A stretch of 24,646 nucleotides of DNA from Octopus sinensis (GCF_006345805.1 NW_021836382.1:1-24646), one strand, 5' to 3'; shown: positions 11,741 through 22,755, numbered from the stretch's first letter. Notes: a model not told the origin generated them from the letters alone. Made by a program: numbers and translations.

Positions 11741-11912
11741 GGCGCAAGAGTGGCTGTGTGGTAAGTAGCTTGCTTACCAACCACATGATTCTGGGTTCAG
11801 TCCCACTGCGTGGCACCTTGGACAAGTGTCTTCTACTATAGCCTCGGGCCGACCAAAGCCTTGTGAGTGGATTTGGTAGACGGAAACTGTAAGAAGCCCG
11901 TCATATATGTGC

Positions 11913-11957
<45 letters not shown>

Positions 11958-12168
11958 TGTATCTGTGTTTGTCCCCCTAACATCGCTTGACAACTGATGC
12001 TGCTGTGTTTACGTCTCCCTACAACTTAGCAGTTCGGCAAAAAAGCACGATAGAATAAGTACTAGGCTTACGAAGAATAAGTTCTGTGGTCGATTTGCTC
12101 GACTAAAGGTGGTGCTCCAGTATGGCCGCAGTCAAATGACTGAAACAAGTAAAAGAGTAAAAGAGTAA
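11741..12168 (+). mobile_element. SINE A copy A4, full length
   Basis: ggcgcaagagtggctgtgtggt (A-box) ... gggttcagtccc (B-box-like), CORE-like segment, (TG)n, tail cagtcaaatgactg and (gtaaaaga)n. Confidence 0.93.
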
Positions 12169-12318
12169 GATATTTCATATATGTATTTGGTTTGCGAAAT
12201 TCTTGACGGGAACTCGTGTGTTAAAGCTAATTTAGGTGTAAGTCTGGATGACCTTGATGACTATAAATAAACACACGCACTGATTTACATTTCTTTTGTT
12301 ATTATCAAAAGTTAATGT

Positions 12319-12533
12319 AAGGAGGTGAGCTGGCAGAATCGTTAGCACGCCGGGTGAAAGGCTTAGCAGTATTTCGTCTGCTGCTACGTTCAAATTCCGC
12401 CGACGTCGACTTTACCTTTCATCCTTTCGGGGTCGATAAATTAAGTACCAGTTGAGTACTGGGGTCGATGTAATAGATTTACCCCTTTCTCCAAAATTTC
12501 AGGCTTTGTGCCGATAGTAGAAAGGGTTATTAT
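12319..12533 (+). mobile_element. SINE family B copy B1 (monomer)
   Basis: ggtgagctggcagaatcgttagcacgccggg head; ctttcatcctttcggggtcgataaattaagtaccag central unit; tail ggctttgtgcc..tagaaagg. Confidence 0.9.
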
Positions 12534-13186
12534 CAGTTAACGTTTTAACAATTAACAAGTTTTTCGTTCGGTCATCAAATCATTCCGAGAGGTTTTTCCA
12601 AGTCCTTCCATCACCAATCATAAACTTATCTATGACATGTGCAGACCTGAAGTAGAGGTGGTATGCCATTGACCAGGTCATTAATGGCGACGAAAATAGC
12701 TATTTGACAGAAATATTAATCAAACAGTCGTAACTTAAATAGTTGAGAGTTTAACTGTGTAGTAATTATAACAGAAGCGAAATATAACCAGTGTGGTTCT
12801 TTCTTATTTGTATAATGGCCCTCCCAAGATACAGCAAAATAACTGGGCACCTTCGTTAGAATTACATATCTTCTATATGATAGCAATCAACTACTAATAA
12901 GAGATTAGGCCAGGGAGTAATCTGATAGATTCTATTATGAAAGATATGCGATTTTCAACAAGTCAAATTTGCTATGGCTGAGGGAAGTGTTGTCAGCCAC
13001 ATGGTTGAAGCATCTTCAGCTGGTGCTTTTGCAGTGGAACTGTGGTGCTTAGTAGATAAAACATTAAACGTTTCAAGCACTATTTGCCATAAGAGAGTTC
13101 ATAGAAAGCCTGTGATAAGTTCAGTTTCTTGAGGAGTGACGATTGTGTTTCAGGCATGCGGCTTCCACCTGTGGGTAAGGAAAAAA

Positions 13187-13409
13187 AGGCTAAGTCTGAT
13201 TGGCTGAATCGTTAAGGTGTCGAACAAACAGCTTTGTAGTATTTGTTCCGGCTCAGAATTTTTAGGTTCAAATTCCACAGGAGGTAGCTTTTACCATTCA
13301 TTCCTCTGGGATCGATACAATAGAGTACCAGCCGTGTACTCTGGTTTATCATATTGCCTAACATCATCCCACATATTTCAGGACCTGTGCCTATGTTACA
13401 AACAATTAT
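13187..13409 (+). mobile_element. Old diverged SINE B-like copy B2
   Basis: tggctgaatcgtta..ggttcaaattcc..ttcattcctctgggatcgata..gagtaccag..cctgtgcc, in the same order as B1. Confidence 0.65.
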
Positions 13410-13665
13410 AACAATTTACCCGGCAGCTAAACAAATACATACTTCAGTAATGGTACTCCGAAATAAATAGGTACTGGTGCGTATTGGAATTATTATTGTT
13501 GTTTTTGTAGTTGCTGTTATTGCTTAATTCTTAGTCAACCTCGATTGAGAAGACCTTTGACCAAACACAATCCATATATGATCCTTTTGTATTTTTTCTA
13601 CGTCCAGAGAATCCAGGTTCTCTCTACCCGACATGATCCTTCCCTTTTCCATTTTGTGTTTGAAC

Positions 13666-13917
13666 CTGTGGTTCCCAACCATTTGTTCCTTACTTGTGGA
13701 CCTCTTTGATCCCTATTTTACTCAGCTGGATCTTCATAATGATTCGATGTTCTAAGAATCCTATTATATTTTTATTAAATATAAGGAATTGTATACAAAA
13801 ATTGTTAAACTACTTTGTTTATTTTAGAAGTATAACCAATTTATTTCACATAAATTTTAACAACAAAATCTCAAATGAACCCCTAAGGGTCATATGAACC
13901 TCGGTTGGGTATCACTG
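13666..13917. mobile_element. hAT-superfamily MITE (252 bp)
   Basis: 15-bp imperfect TIRs: ctgtggttcccaacc (13666-13680) and ggttgggtatcactg (13903-13917). 8-bp TSD gtttgaac / gtttggac (7/8). AT-rich non-coding interior. Confidence 0.8.
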
Positions 13918-14065
13918 GTTTGGACAGTAGGGTGCGGTATGAGGACGATTAAGCTGTATTTCTTGTAGGTTGAGCGACAACATCAATGCTCCTTCGCTTA
14001 GCTCCATACAAGCAAGTGGCTTATAATGAAGAATTATTTAATCTTCACATTAAATAGAAAATAAT

Positions 14066-14068
<3 letters not shown>

Positions 14069-14108
<40 letters not shown>

Positions 14109-14128
14109 AAAGAGAGAGAGAGAGAGAG
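14069..14128. repeat. (AG)n microsatellite
   Basis: Directly visible. Confidence 0.95.
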
Positions 14129-14596
14129 GACCATTTGATTCTCTCTGAAAATCATTGTGTATTTATTTCATAAACCGTTGGTGATATTTAAACTAAATTA
14201 AATATCCAATATATTTTGCTTCCTGAAATTTTTATACTGCCAATCGATTATGTTATATTTTATTGTTATTTACATAGTTTTTTATAACTCAATTGGATTG
14301 ATAAGTTTATTTAGTCAATTAAGCATTAAAAAATATTATTTGTAAGAAGAAAAAAAATCCGTCTCTATTATTGACTTTCTTCGACTTCATATTATTAGCC
14401 ACGGACGAGTGGCTATGGAATAATGGTTCAAATTCACAAGAAATTTTGTTGTCTATTTTCACAAAAATACTCTTAAATCGACATGCACCATTGCATCGAC
14501 TGTCGAAAATGTGCATCGGATCACTTCGCAATGCTACCAGCCAGCTAAGGGACACTCAGTATAGTCGGTCAATGTGCTAGAAATAGCAGCCAAATC

Positions 14597-14762
14597 TTTT
14601 ATTTTTAACTTCTTTCAGTCATTGAACTGCGGCATTGCTGGGTACCACCTTGAAGGGATTTAGTTGAGCAGATCGAAACAAATACCTGCTTTCGAAAGCC
14701 AGGTACGTACTCCGTAGGCTATTCTTTTCGTGCCCCTAAGTTACAGAAAGGTAAACAAACCA
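14597..14762 (-). mobile_element. Diverged SINE A-type 3' half
   Basis: ttcagtcattgaactgcggcattgctgggtaccacc...ctaagttacagaaaggtaaacaaacc. Confidence 0.65.
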
Positions 14763-14894
14763 CATGGCTCCGGGTTCAGTCCCACTGCATAGCACCTTGG
14801 GCAATTGTCTTCTACTATAGCCTCAGGCCGACCAGAAACCTGTGAGTGGATTTGGCAGACGGAAACTGAAAGAAGCCCGTCGTATATATGAATG

Positions 14895-14968
<74 letters not shown>

Positions 14969-15124
14969 TTGTCCCTCTACCATCGCTTGACAACCGATGC
15001 TAGTGCGTTTATGTCCCAGTAACTTAGCGGTTCGGCAAAAGACAGGTAAAATAAGTACCGATAGAATAAGTACTAGGCTTACAAAGAATAAGTCTAGGAG
15101 TGGATTTGCTCGACTAAAAGGCGG
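14758..15124 (+). mobile_element. SINE A copy A5, truncated at both ends
   Basis: Begins aaccacatggctccgggttcagtccc and stops at ctaaaaggcgg; small ataagtac duplication near 15052-15068. Confidence 0.88.
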
Positions 15125-15159
15125 GTGGGAATAAACACAGGTACGCGTATATATATATA

Positions 15160-15190
<31 letters not shown>

Positions 15191-15204
15191 GTATGTGTGA
15201 GTGT

Positions 15205-15236
<32 letters not shown>

Positions 15237-15247
15237 TGTGTGTGTAT

Positions 15248-15540
15248 GGAGGCGCAATGGCCCAGTGGTTAGAGTAGCGGACTTGCGATCGAAGGATCGT
15301 GGTTTCGATTCCCAGAGCGGGCGTTGTGTGTGTTTAGTGAGCGAAAACACCTAAAGCTCCACGAGGCTCCTGTTGTACTCTTTCGCCCCAACTTTCTCAC
15401 ATTCTTTCTACCTGTTTCTTGAGTAACGCTGCGATGGACCGGCGTCCCGTCCAGCTGGGGGCGAACACATACGCCACAGAACCGGGAACGGGGCCCTTGA
15501 GCCTGGCTAGGTTTGAAAAGGGCGCATAAATAAATAAATA
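15248..15540 (+). mobile_element. SINE family C copy C1 (tRNA-like head, V-domain-like segment, (TAAA)n tail)
   Basis: tggcccagtggtt A-box, ggtttcgattccc B-box; ctgcgatggaccggcgtcccgtccag at 15429-15454; ends in (taaa)n. Confidence 0.85.
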
Positions 15541-15557
15541 CGTATATAAATACATAC

Positions 15558-15634
<77 letters not shown>

Positions 15635-15637
15635 TTT

Positions 15638-15740
15638 TACAGTTTTCGTTAACCCAATCCACTCATAAGGAATTACTCGACCCAGGGTTATTGCAGAAGA
15701 CACTTGCGCGAGATACCAGTGAGACTCAGTGAGACTGAGC
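15638..15740 (-). mobile_element. Degenerate SINE A-like fragment
   Basis: cagttttcgttaacccaatccactcataagg..cagaagacacttgc resembles the A central part. Confidence 0.55.
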
Positions 15741-15786
15741 GTAAAAGAAGTACACAAAGAAGTACACAATAAATTACGTTCTCCTA

Positions 15787-16180
15787 AAGCGGTGAGCTGG
15801 CAGAATCGTTAGCACGCCGGGCGAAATGCTTTGTGGTATTTCGTCTGCCGTTACGTTCTGAATTCAAATTCTGCCAAGGTCGACTTTGCCTTTCATTCTT
15901 TCGGGGTCGATAAATTAAGTACCAGTTACACACTTCATGTAATCGACTTCATCCGTTTGTCTGTCCTTGTTTGTCTTCTCTGTGTTTAGCCCCTTGAGGG
16001 TAGTAAAGAAATTGGTATTTCGTCTGTCGTTACGTTCTGAGTTCAAGTTCGTCCGAGGTCGACTTTGCCTTTCATCCTTTCAGGGTCGATTAAATAAGTA
16101 CCAATGAAACACTGGAGTCGATGTAATCGACCAGTCCCCTCCCCAAAATTCAAGCCCTTGTGCCTGTAGTAGAAAGGATT
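15787..16180 (+). mobile_element. SINE B copy B3 (two internal units)
   Basis: Head + unit + linker (ttgtctgtccttgtttgtc..ttagccccttg) + second unit + tail. Confidence 0.92.
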
Positions 16181-16639
16181 AAATAACGTAGTCCTGGAAA
16201 TTAAAATGGGACGGCCCTAGATGAAAAGTATTTATTGATGTCTTCTGAAACAGAAATACTACACGGTATGAAAAACGTCAACAGCACCAGTCAGTTGACG
16301 TGATGCGCAGTCTAGGGAATGGAGAGTACTATATTTACTTCTTGTGTACTGGCAAGAAACTGAGATTTAGAATTGGTTTTCCATGATACTTCAGAGACAT
16401 TTCTAGAGATATTTATGCTTCTTGATAAATTTTCTTTAAAATATCTACTAAATATTCTTATAATATTTCAAGTATTTCCCTTGTGAAAAATTGGTATATA
16501 CATACATATATATTTATCCTAAGGAAAGAAAAACAAATTAATGTTGTAATAGCCGTAAGTTATCTACTTGTTCATCAGATCTATATTTATCTGTTACTAT
16601 GTATTTATTAGTTTACGTGAATTATGTGAGACGTGTGTA

Positions 16640-16985
<346 letters not shown>

Positions 16986-17247
16986 AACCTCGCTAAGATA
17001 AATATTTCAATTACCTGAAGATTGACTGCAACCATAACTCAAATTATTACGAATTGGACAGCCATGAAACGATCGTAGTGTTTTACTCATTATATTTTAT
17101 TAAACTTTTAATACATTTGATATATATTTAAAATAATATTAATTAATTAATTTTATGTATTGGCTTAAGTTTTTCATTGTTTGATTTGTCTAATAGTGGT
17201 TTTATCTCTAATTTAATATAATATATATATGTATATATGTATATATA

Positions 17248-18311
17248 TGGGACCACTACTGTTCATAATGGCCCTCTCAGACATGCCCTCAGCCACGCAG
17301 AGAGCCACGATCACAAGTATGCAGATGATACAAAAGTTTCACAGGCAATACAGAACCCTGAAGACACTAAGCACTGCAATGTGAGCTGGACGAATATACA
17401 AGTGGGCTGAAAAGATAGCATGCAGTTCAATGCTGAAAAGTTTCAAGCTTTACACTATCAGCATGCAAAACTGAATGAATACCCAATGAATACACTGGGC
17501 CCGGAGGGATTGCAATCCGGAGGCACAATCAGTGCGTGACCTGGTATTCACATGAGTGATGGACGCGACCTTCATGTACATGTTTGCTAAACTGACAATG
17601 AAATGTAGACCGCTGGCTGGATGGATTCTTAGAACCTTTAGAACAAGAGAACAAGAAACCATGATGGTCCTCTGGAGGACACTTGTCCTAAGCCACTTTG
17701 ACTATGCTCTCAGCTATGGTCACCATCCAGTGTCAAGTTGATCACAGAACTTGAGGCGATACAACGAAGCTACACGAAGAAGATAGCCTATGCAGCATAT
17801 GAGCTACTGGGAAAGACTCAAGAGATTAAAGCTCTATTCCCTGGAGCGTAGGCGAGAAAGATATGCCATAATATATCTGGAAGATCCTGGAAGGTCTTGT
17901 CCCAGACTTTGGCATCGAGAGTCACACAAATGCCAGAACCGGACGCCACTGCGTAGTACCAAGGACTCCAAATTTGCCATCAAGATGTAGGACAAGATAT
18001 TGTGATAGCCTGGGCTTCAGAGGCCACGGCTCTTCAATATCCTCCCGAAGAACCTGAGAGACCTGCATGGTGTAGATGCGGATGTCTTTAAGTAGGACTG
18101 GATCTCTTCCTGTCAGTGTCCCGGATGAACCAACTTCACGGCAGGACGGCAGGAGGTGCAGATGGGGCAGCTGCATCGAACTCTCTCATGCATCAGATGG
18201 CGTTTGCTAAAAAGCATCCGTGAGGTAAAATCGTGTAGCAAACCAAAGGCGGTGCCCCAGCATGGCCACAGCTCATTAGCTGAACTGGAAAAATCAAATC
18301 AAAATCAAATC
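17248..18311 (+). mobile_element. CR1-clade LINE 3' fragment (RT C-terminal half, 3' UTR, (AAATC)n tail), decayed
   Basis: GPLLFIMALSDM, YADD at 17318-17329, GWILRTFRTR, YWERLKRLKLYSLERRRERY; many frameshifts; tail aaaatcaaatcaaaatcaaatc at ~18290-18311. Confidence 0.92.
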
Positions 18312-18319
18312 ATATATAT

Positions 18320-18362
<43 letters not shown>

Positions 18363-18404
18363 TATATAAGAAAGTTGGTTTGTGAAAGCACGTGGTGAAT
18401 ATAT

Positions 18405-18964
18405 AGAAAATAGTGAAAAGTGAAAAAAACTACAGAAGGCTTGTTTTAAAAGGTTAAAGAATATATATTTAAGTCAATATGTCTGATACCTTTTAGTCAG
18501 CACATTGAGAAATGCGCAAAGCAACTACTACCACAATTTTTAATCTTTCCATTTTACCAATGTGCTATCGGATCATCAACACAAACTAGACTAAACAAGG
18601 AAACATTCTTCATTGAAAAGTACAAGCCCAGACTTAACCATTCCAACATACTTATACAGAGAAATTCACCCGAAAGGAAAGGAAAAAATTTTAAGCGATT
18701 ATCTCCCTTACACCGGAAGAAATCACCTATTACCTCCCCTTATTTAGAACTCTTTTCAACATAAACATAACGATAACTCTTCTCAACAGAAACATAACGA
18801 CGTCAGAAATTTGAAAAGCTAAACGCGAAACCGGTCTTTCTTCTAAACTATGTCATTGTAAGAAAAAAATTTATAATATTCTTCAGACATATTGACTTAA
18901 ATATATATTCTTTAACCTTTTAAAACAAGCCTTCTGTAGTTAGTTTTTTCACTTTTTACTATTT

Positions 18965-18967
<3 letters not shown>
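18405..18967 (+). mobile_element. Penelope-like element 3' fragment with inverted terminal copies
   Basis: Arms 18405-18486 and 18883-18967 are near-perfect inverted repeats. The interior translates SQHIEKC...FLIFPFYQC...RLNKETFFIEKYKPRLN (GIY-YIG C-terminal R..E..I..P.LN pattern). Hammerhead-like motif at 18805-18841. Confidence 0.72.
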
Positions 18968-19000
<33 letters not shown>

Positions 19001-19038
19001 ATATATATTATATATACATACACATGCATACATATATA

Positions 19039-19087
<49 letters not shown>

Positions 19088-19110
19088 TATATTATATATA
19101 TAATATATAT

Positions 19111-19762
19111 AGCATACATTGCAGCGTGGAAGGTGTTTATAAGTCATTTAAAAGCACACAAAAACGTTAGATTCACTTCAACATTTAAATTTAATTTGTC
19201 AAAATATTTCCGTCAGTTTGAAACCATGACGTGTTTACTGACAAGATTCGAACATATCGCGATTTCAAAGCGATGTAAATATCTTCCTTTCTACTCTAGG
19301 CACAAGGCCCGAGATTTTGGAGGAGGGGCACAGTCGATTAGATCGACTCCACTACGTAACTGGTACTTAATTTATCGACCCTAAAAGGATAAAAGACAAA
19401 GTCGACCTCGGCGGAATTTACACTCAGAACGTAGCGACAGACGAAATACCTATTTCTTTATTACCCACAAGGGGCTAAACATAGATGGGACAAGGACAGA
19501 CAAAGGTATTAAGTCGATTACAGCGCCCCCAGTGCGTAACTAATACTTATTTAATCGACCCCGAAAGGATGAAAGCCAAAGTCGACCTCGGCGGAATTTG
19601 AACTCAGAAAGTAACGGCAGACGAAATACGGCTACGCATTTCGCCCGGCGTGCTAACGTTTCTGCTAGCTCGCCGCCTTACGACGAAAGTATTTTGACAA
19701 ATAAAATTTTGAGGTGTTTTTTTGTTTTAAAATGGCTATATAAACACCTTCACGCTTCAATT
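19111..19762. mobile_element. Diverged inverted-repeat element (arms 19111-19215 and 19682-19762) interrupted by SINE B4
   Basis: Both arms share gcgtg-aaggtgtttat..cattt..aaa..atttgtcaaaata.tt.cgtc in opposite orientation. Confidence 0.55.
19280..19679 (-). mobile_element. SINE B copy B4 (two internal units)
   Basis: Reverse complement of the B3 architecture. Confidence 0.92.
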
Positions 19763-19782
19763 GTTTTTGTTCAGCACTATAT

Positions 19783-19814
<32 letters not shown>

Positions 19815-20086
19815 TATATAAGATATATAATATATATATATATATATATATGATAGCTAAAACAATGCGAACGCATTGTGACCAGCGATGCGTAGCAACA
19901 TCTGATGGTCTGGTCGGTCACGTGATCACGTGATATATATATTATATATATATATATATTATATATATATAATTATTTAATTATGTATCATTTACAATTA
20001 TGCATGCTCCATTTAACATTATATAATTATAGTTATCATTAAAAAGAACTTATGTGTGTCGCTCTTCGTGTTTTACGGCCTTCTGG

Positions 20087-20319
20087 TTTACTCTTTTACT
20101 CTTTTACTTGTTTCAGTCATTTGACTGTGGCCATGCTGGAGCACCGCCTTTAGTCGAGCAAATCGACCACGGGACTTATTCTTTGTAAGCTCAGTACTTA
20201 TTCTATCGGGCCCTTTTGCCGAACCGCTAAGTGACGGGGACGTAAACACACCAGCATCGGTTGTCAAGCAATGCTAGAGGGACAAACACAGACACATATA
20301 CACCACACACACACATATA

Positions 20320-20366
<47 letters not shown>

Positions 20367-20525
20367 ATACAGGCTTCTTTCAGTTTCCGTCTACCAAGTC
20401 CACACAAGGCATTATTCGGCCCGAGGCTATAGCAGAAGACACCTGCCCAAGATGCCACGCAGTGGGACTTAACCCGGAACCCTGTGGTTGGTAAGCAAGC
20501 TACTTACCACACAGCCACTCCTGCG
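20087..20525 (-). mobile_element. SINE A copy A6, full length
   Basis: Complete head to (gtaaaaga)n tail. Confidence 0.93.
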
Positions 20526-21133
20526 TACAAATTTATAATTATACCTATATATATATATATGTGTGTGTTTAGAGACAGAGAGATGTTTGTTACTTGATTG
20601 TTCTTTCCTGTTGCAAAGGAAAGGAACGTTTTGCTAAGAATCAGTTACTTCTATCGCTGTCGAAGTAAAATCATTTCTGATGATGTGTGTATATTCAATT
20701 CAAAATCCTTTGCATTTTTATATCAACATTAGAATTTAAGAATTTTAAAAATTCGCAAACGGTACTTGTTTCAACTTAGTTGAATTTCTTCAGTACGAAG
20801 TAACTAAACGTACACACACACACATATATACCCATATAAACACATCCACACATGAAAGCAACAACATAGTTGTTTTCAAACGTTATTGTCGTTGACCCCA
20901 TTCGACATAGCATAATTCCTATCATAAATATGAAAGCTTTCTAGAAATATAACTTTAGGGAGTGTGGGGAACTCTTCCCTACCTCTTCAGGAACAATGAT
21001 AAGTCATCGCCCTCTTATCATCGCTCTCGTACTTTTCTGGTAGCGAACTGTCAGCTCAGTTGACATATCTCTTCCATTTTCCTTCATTTTTCTGGGATTT
21101 TCGACAATTCCAGAAACAATTAGTTTTCAACTA

Positions 21134-21357
21134 CTCTCTTTTACTCTTTCACTTGTTTCAGTCATTTGACCGTGGCCATGCTAGACCACCGCCTTTAGTC
21201 AAACAAATCAACACCAGGACTTATTCTTTGCAAGCCTAGTTCTTATTCTATCGGTCTCTTTTCCCGAACCGCTAAGTTACGGGGACGTAAGCACACCAGC
21301 AGCGGTTGTCAAGCATATACACACACATACATATACATACATACATACATACATACA

Positions 21358-21391
<34 letters not shown>

Positions 21392-21824
21392 CATACATAC
21401 ATACATACATACATTTACATATATATATATAGTTAATCCAAATATGAAAACACAAAGAGAAAACACAACAATGCGAGGACGTGGAACAAGTATAGTGTTA
21501 TTGGACGCTCAGGAATTAAAGAAAGAAGTGGGATTTAACGTTTGTGCAGAGCTCTTCGTCAGAAAGATAGGAAAAAAAGATCCACGGAACAGAAGACGGA
21601 GGAAAAAATATCGCCAACGATACACACGCGGTCACATATTATATATACATATACATATATACGACGGTCTTCTTTCAGTTTCCGTCTACCAAATCCACTC
21701 AGAAAGCTTTGGTCAGTCCGAGGCTATAGTAGAAGACACTTGCACAAGGTGCCATGCAATGGGACTGTACCCGGAACCATGGGGTTGGCAAGCAAGCTAC
21801 TTACCACACAGCCACTCCTACGCC
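21134..21824 (-). mobile_element. SINE A copy A7, interrupted by a ~207-bp insertion in its internal microsatellite
   Basis: Tail half 21134-~21315, (ACAT)n, insertion, head half ~21655-21824. Confidence 0.9.
21431..21637 (-). mobile_element. Short non-autonomous element with hammerhead-like core, inserted in a (TA)n tract
   Basis: Minus strand ttt-CTGACGA-a-gagctctgcac-AAA-cgtt-aaa (21565-21534); related to 7550-7662. Confidence 0.6.
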
Positions 21825-21898
21825 TATACATTCACAAATATTGATTTTTGCTGATACTATGTTATTTATTTTATTCGTCCCATAGTGGTGCTCTCTAT

Positions 21899-22070
21899 GT
21901 TGTCAAGGCTGGCCCTTTGAAATACAGGTACCACTCATTTATGCCAGCTGTGTGGGCTGAGGTAACGTGAAATAAAGTGTCTTGCTCAAAGACACAACGC
22001 GCCGCGGGGAATCGAACTCACGACTTTACGATCGCGAGCCGAATGATCTAACCACTCAGCCACGCGCCTT
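21899..22070 (-). mobile_element. SINE family D (tRNA-like head, CORE-like segment)
   Basis: tggctgagtgg A-box and gagttcgattccc B-box, then gttgtgtctttgagcaagacacttt and aaatgagtggtacc. Confidence 0.85.
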
Positions 22071-22444
22071 CACCACCCAAATAATAGGGTCGAATAAATA
22101 ATCGAATATCTCCCCTCATAGGATTGCCGGCCTTGTGCCAAAAATTAGAAACCAATGTTGTCATTGTTATTATTACTGTTTCTGACGGTGAATAATGTTT
22201 GTTTTTTTTGTGTGTTTATTTCGAACAAGTATAAAACCTGTTTGTTTGTGTTAAAGGGCGAGACAAACAGGTACTTTTGATCTTATCCGGTCGAGGAAAG
22301 CCAGTGGGAACGAAATCAGACTGGAATCAAAAGAAACAAAATGAAAACAACAAAAAAAGAAGCGGAAATAAATATATGAAGGTAATTTGTCTGACACATT
22401 ATCGATTCTGCAGATCAAAAATCTATAAAGATTTCTGATTTCAG

Positions 22445-22661
22445 GAAAAGGCCTCTAAATTTGAGGTGAGAGTATTCGTCGCTGCCATCGACTCTACTAG
22501 TTTATTTTGTTGACTTCGAAGGGATGAAAAAAGGGAAAAAAAAGTTGACCTCAATGGGATTTGAACTCAGAATTTGGACATTTCAAACAAATCCCACCCC
22601 CCTCACTCCAAAAGCATTTATCTTCTCCAACGTGTTAACGTTTCTCGGAGCTCGCCGTCTT
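22445..22661 (-). mobile_element. Diverged SINE B copy B6
   Basis: gggatgaaa..aagttgacctc..gatttgaactcagaa..gtgttaacgtttct..agctcgccg. Confidence 0.7.
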
Positions 22662-22696
22662 TCGAAATGCTGTAATAAAAATGATTTATAATCACA

Positions 22697-22711
22697 AATG
22701 TAGTAGTAGTA

Positions 22712-22755
<44 letters not shown>

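Noticed and set aside
22000-22070. Possible tRNA genes (also 11741, 15248, 24560-24633, 7275-7343)
   Set aside because: A/B boxes are present, but there is no complete acceptor stem or poly-T terminator and each continues into SINE body sequence.
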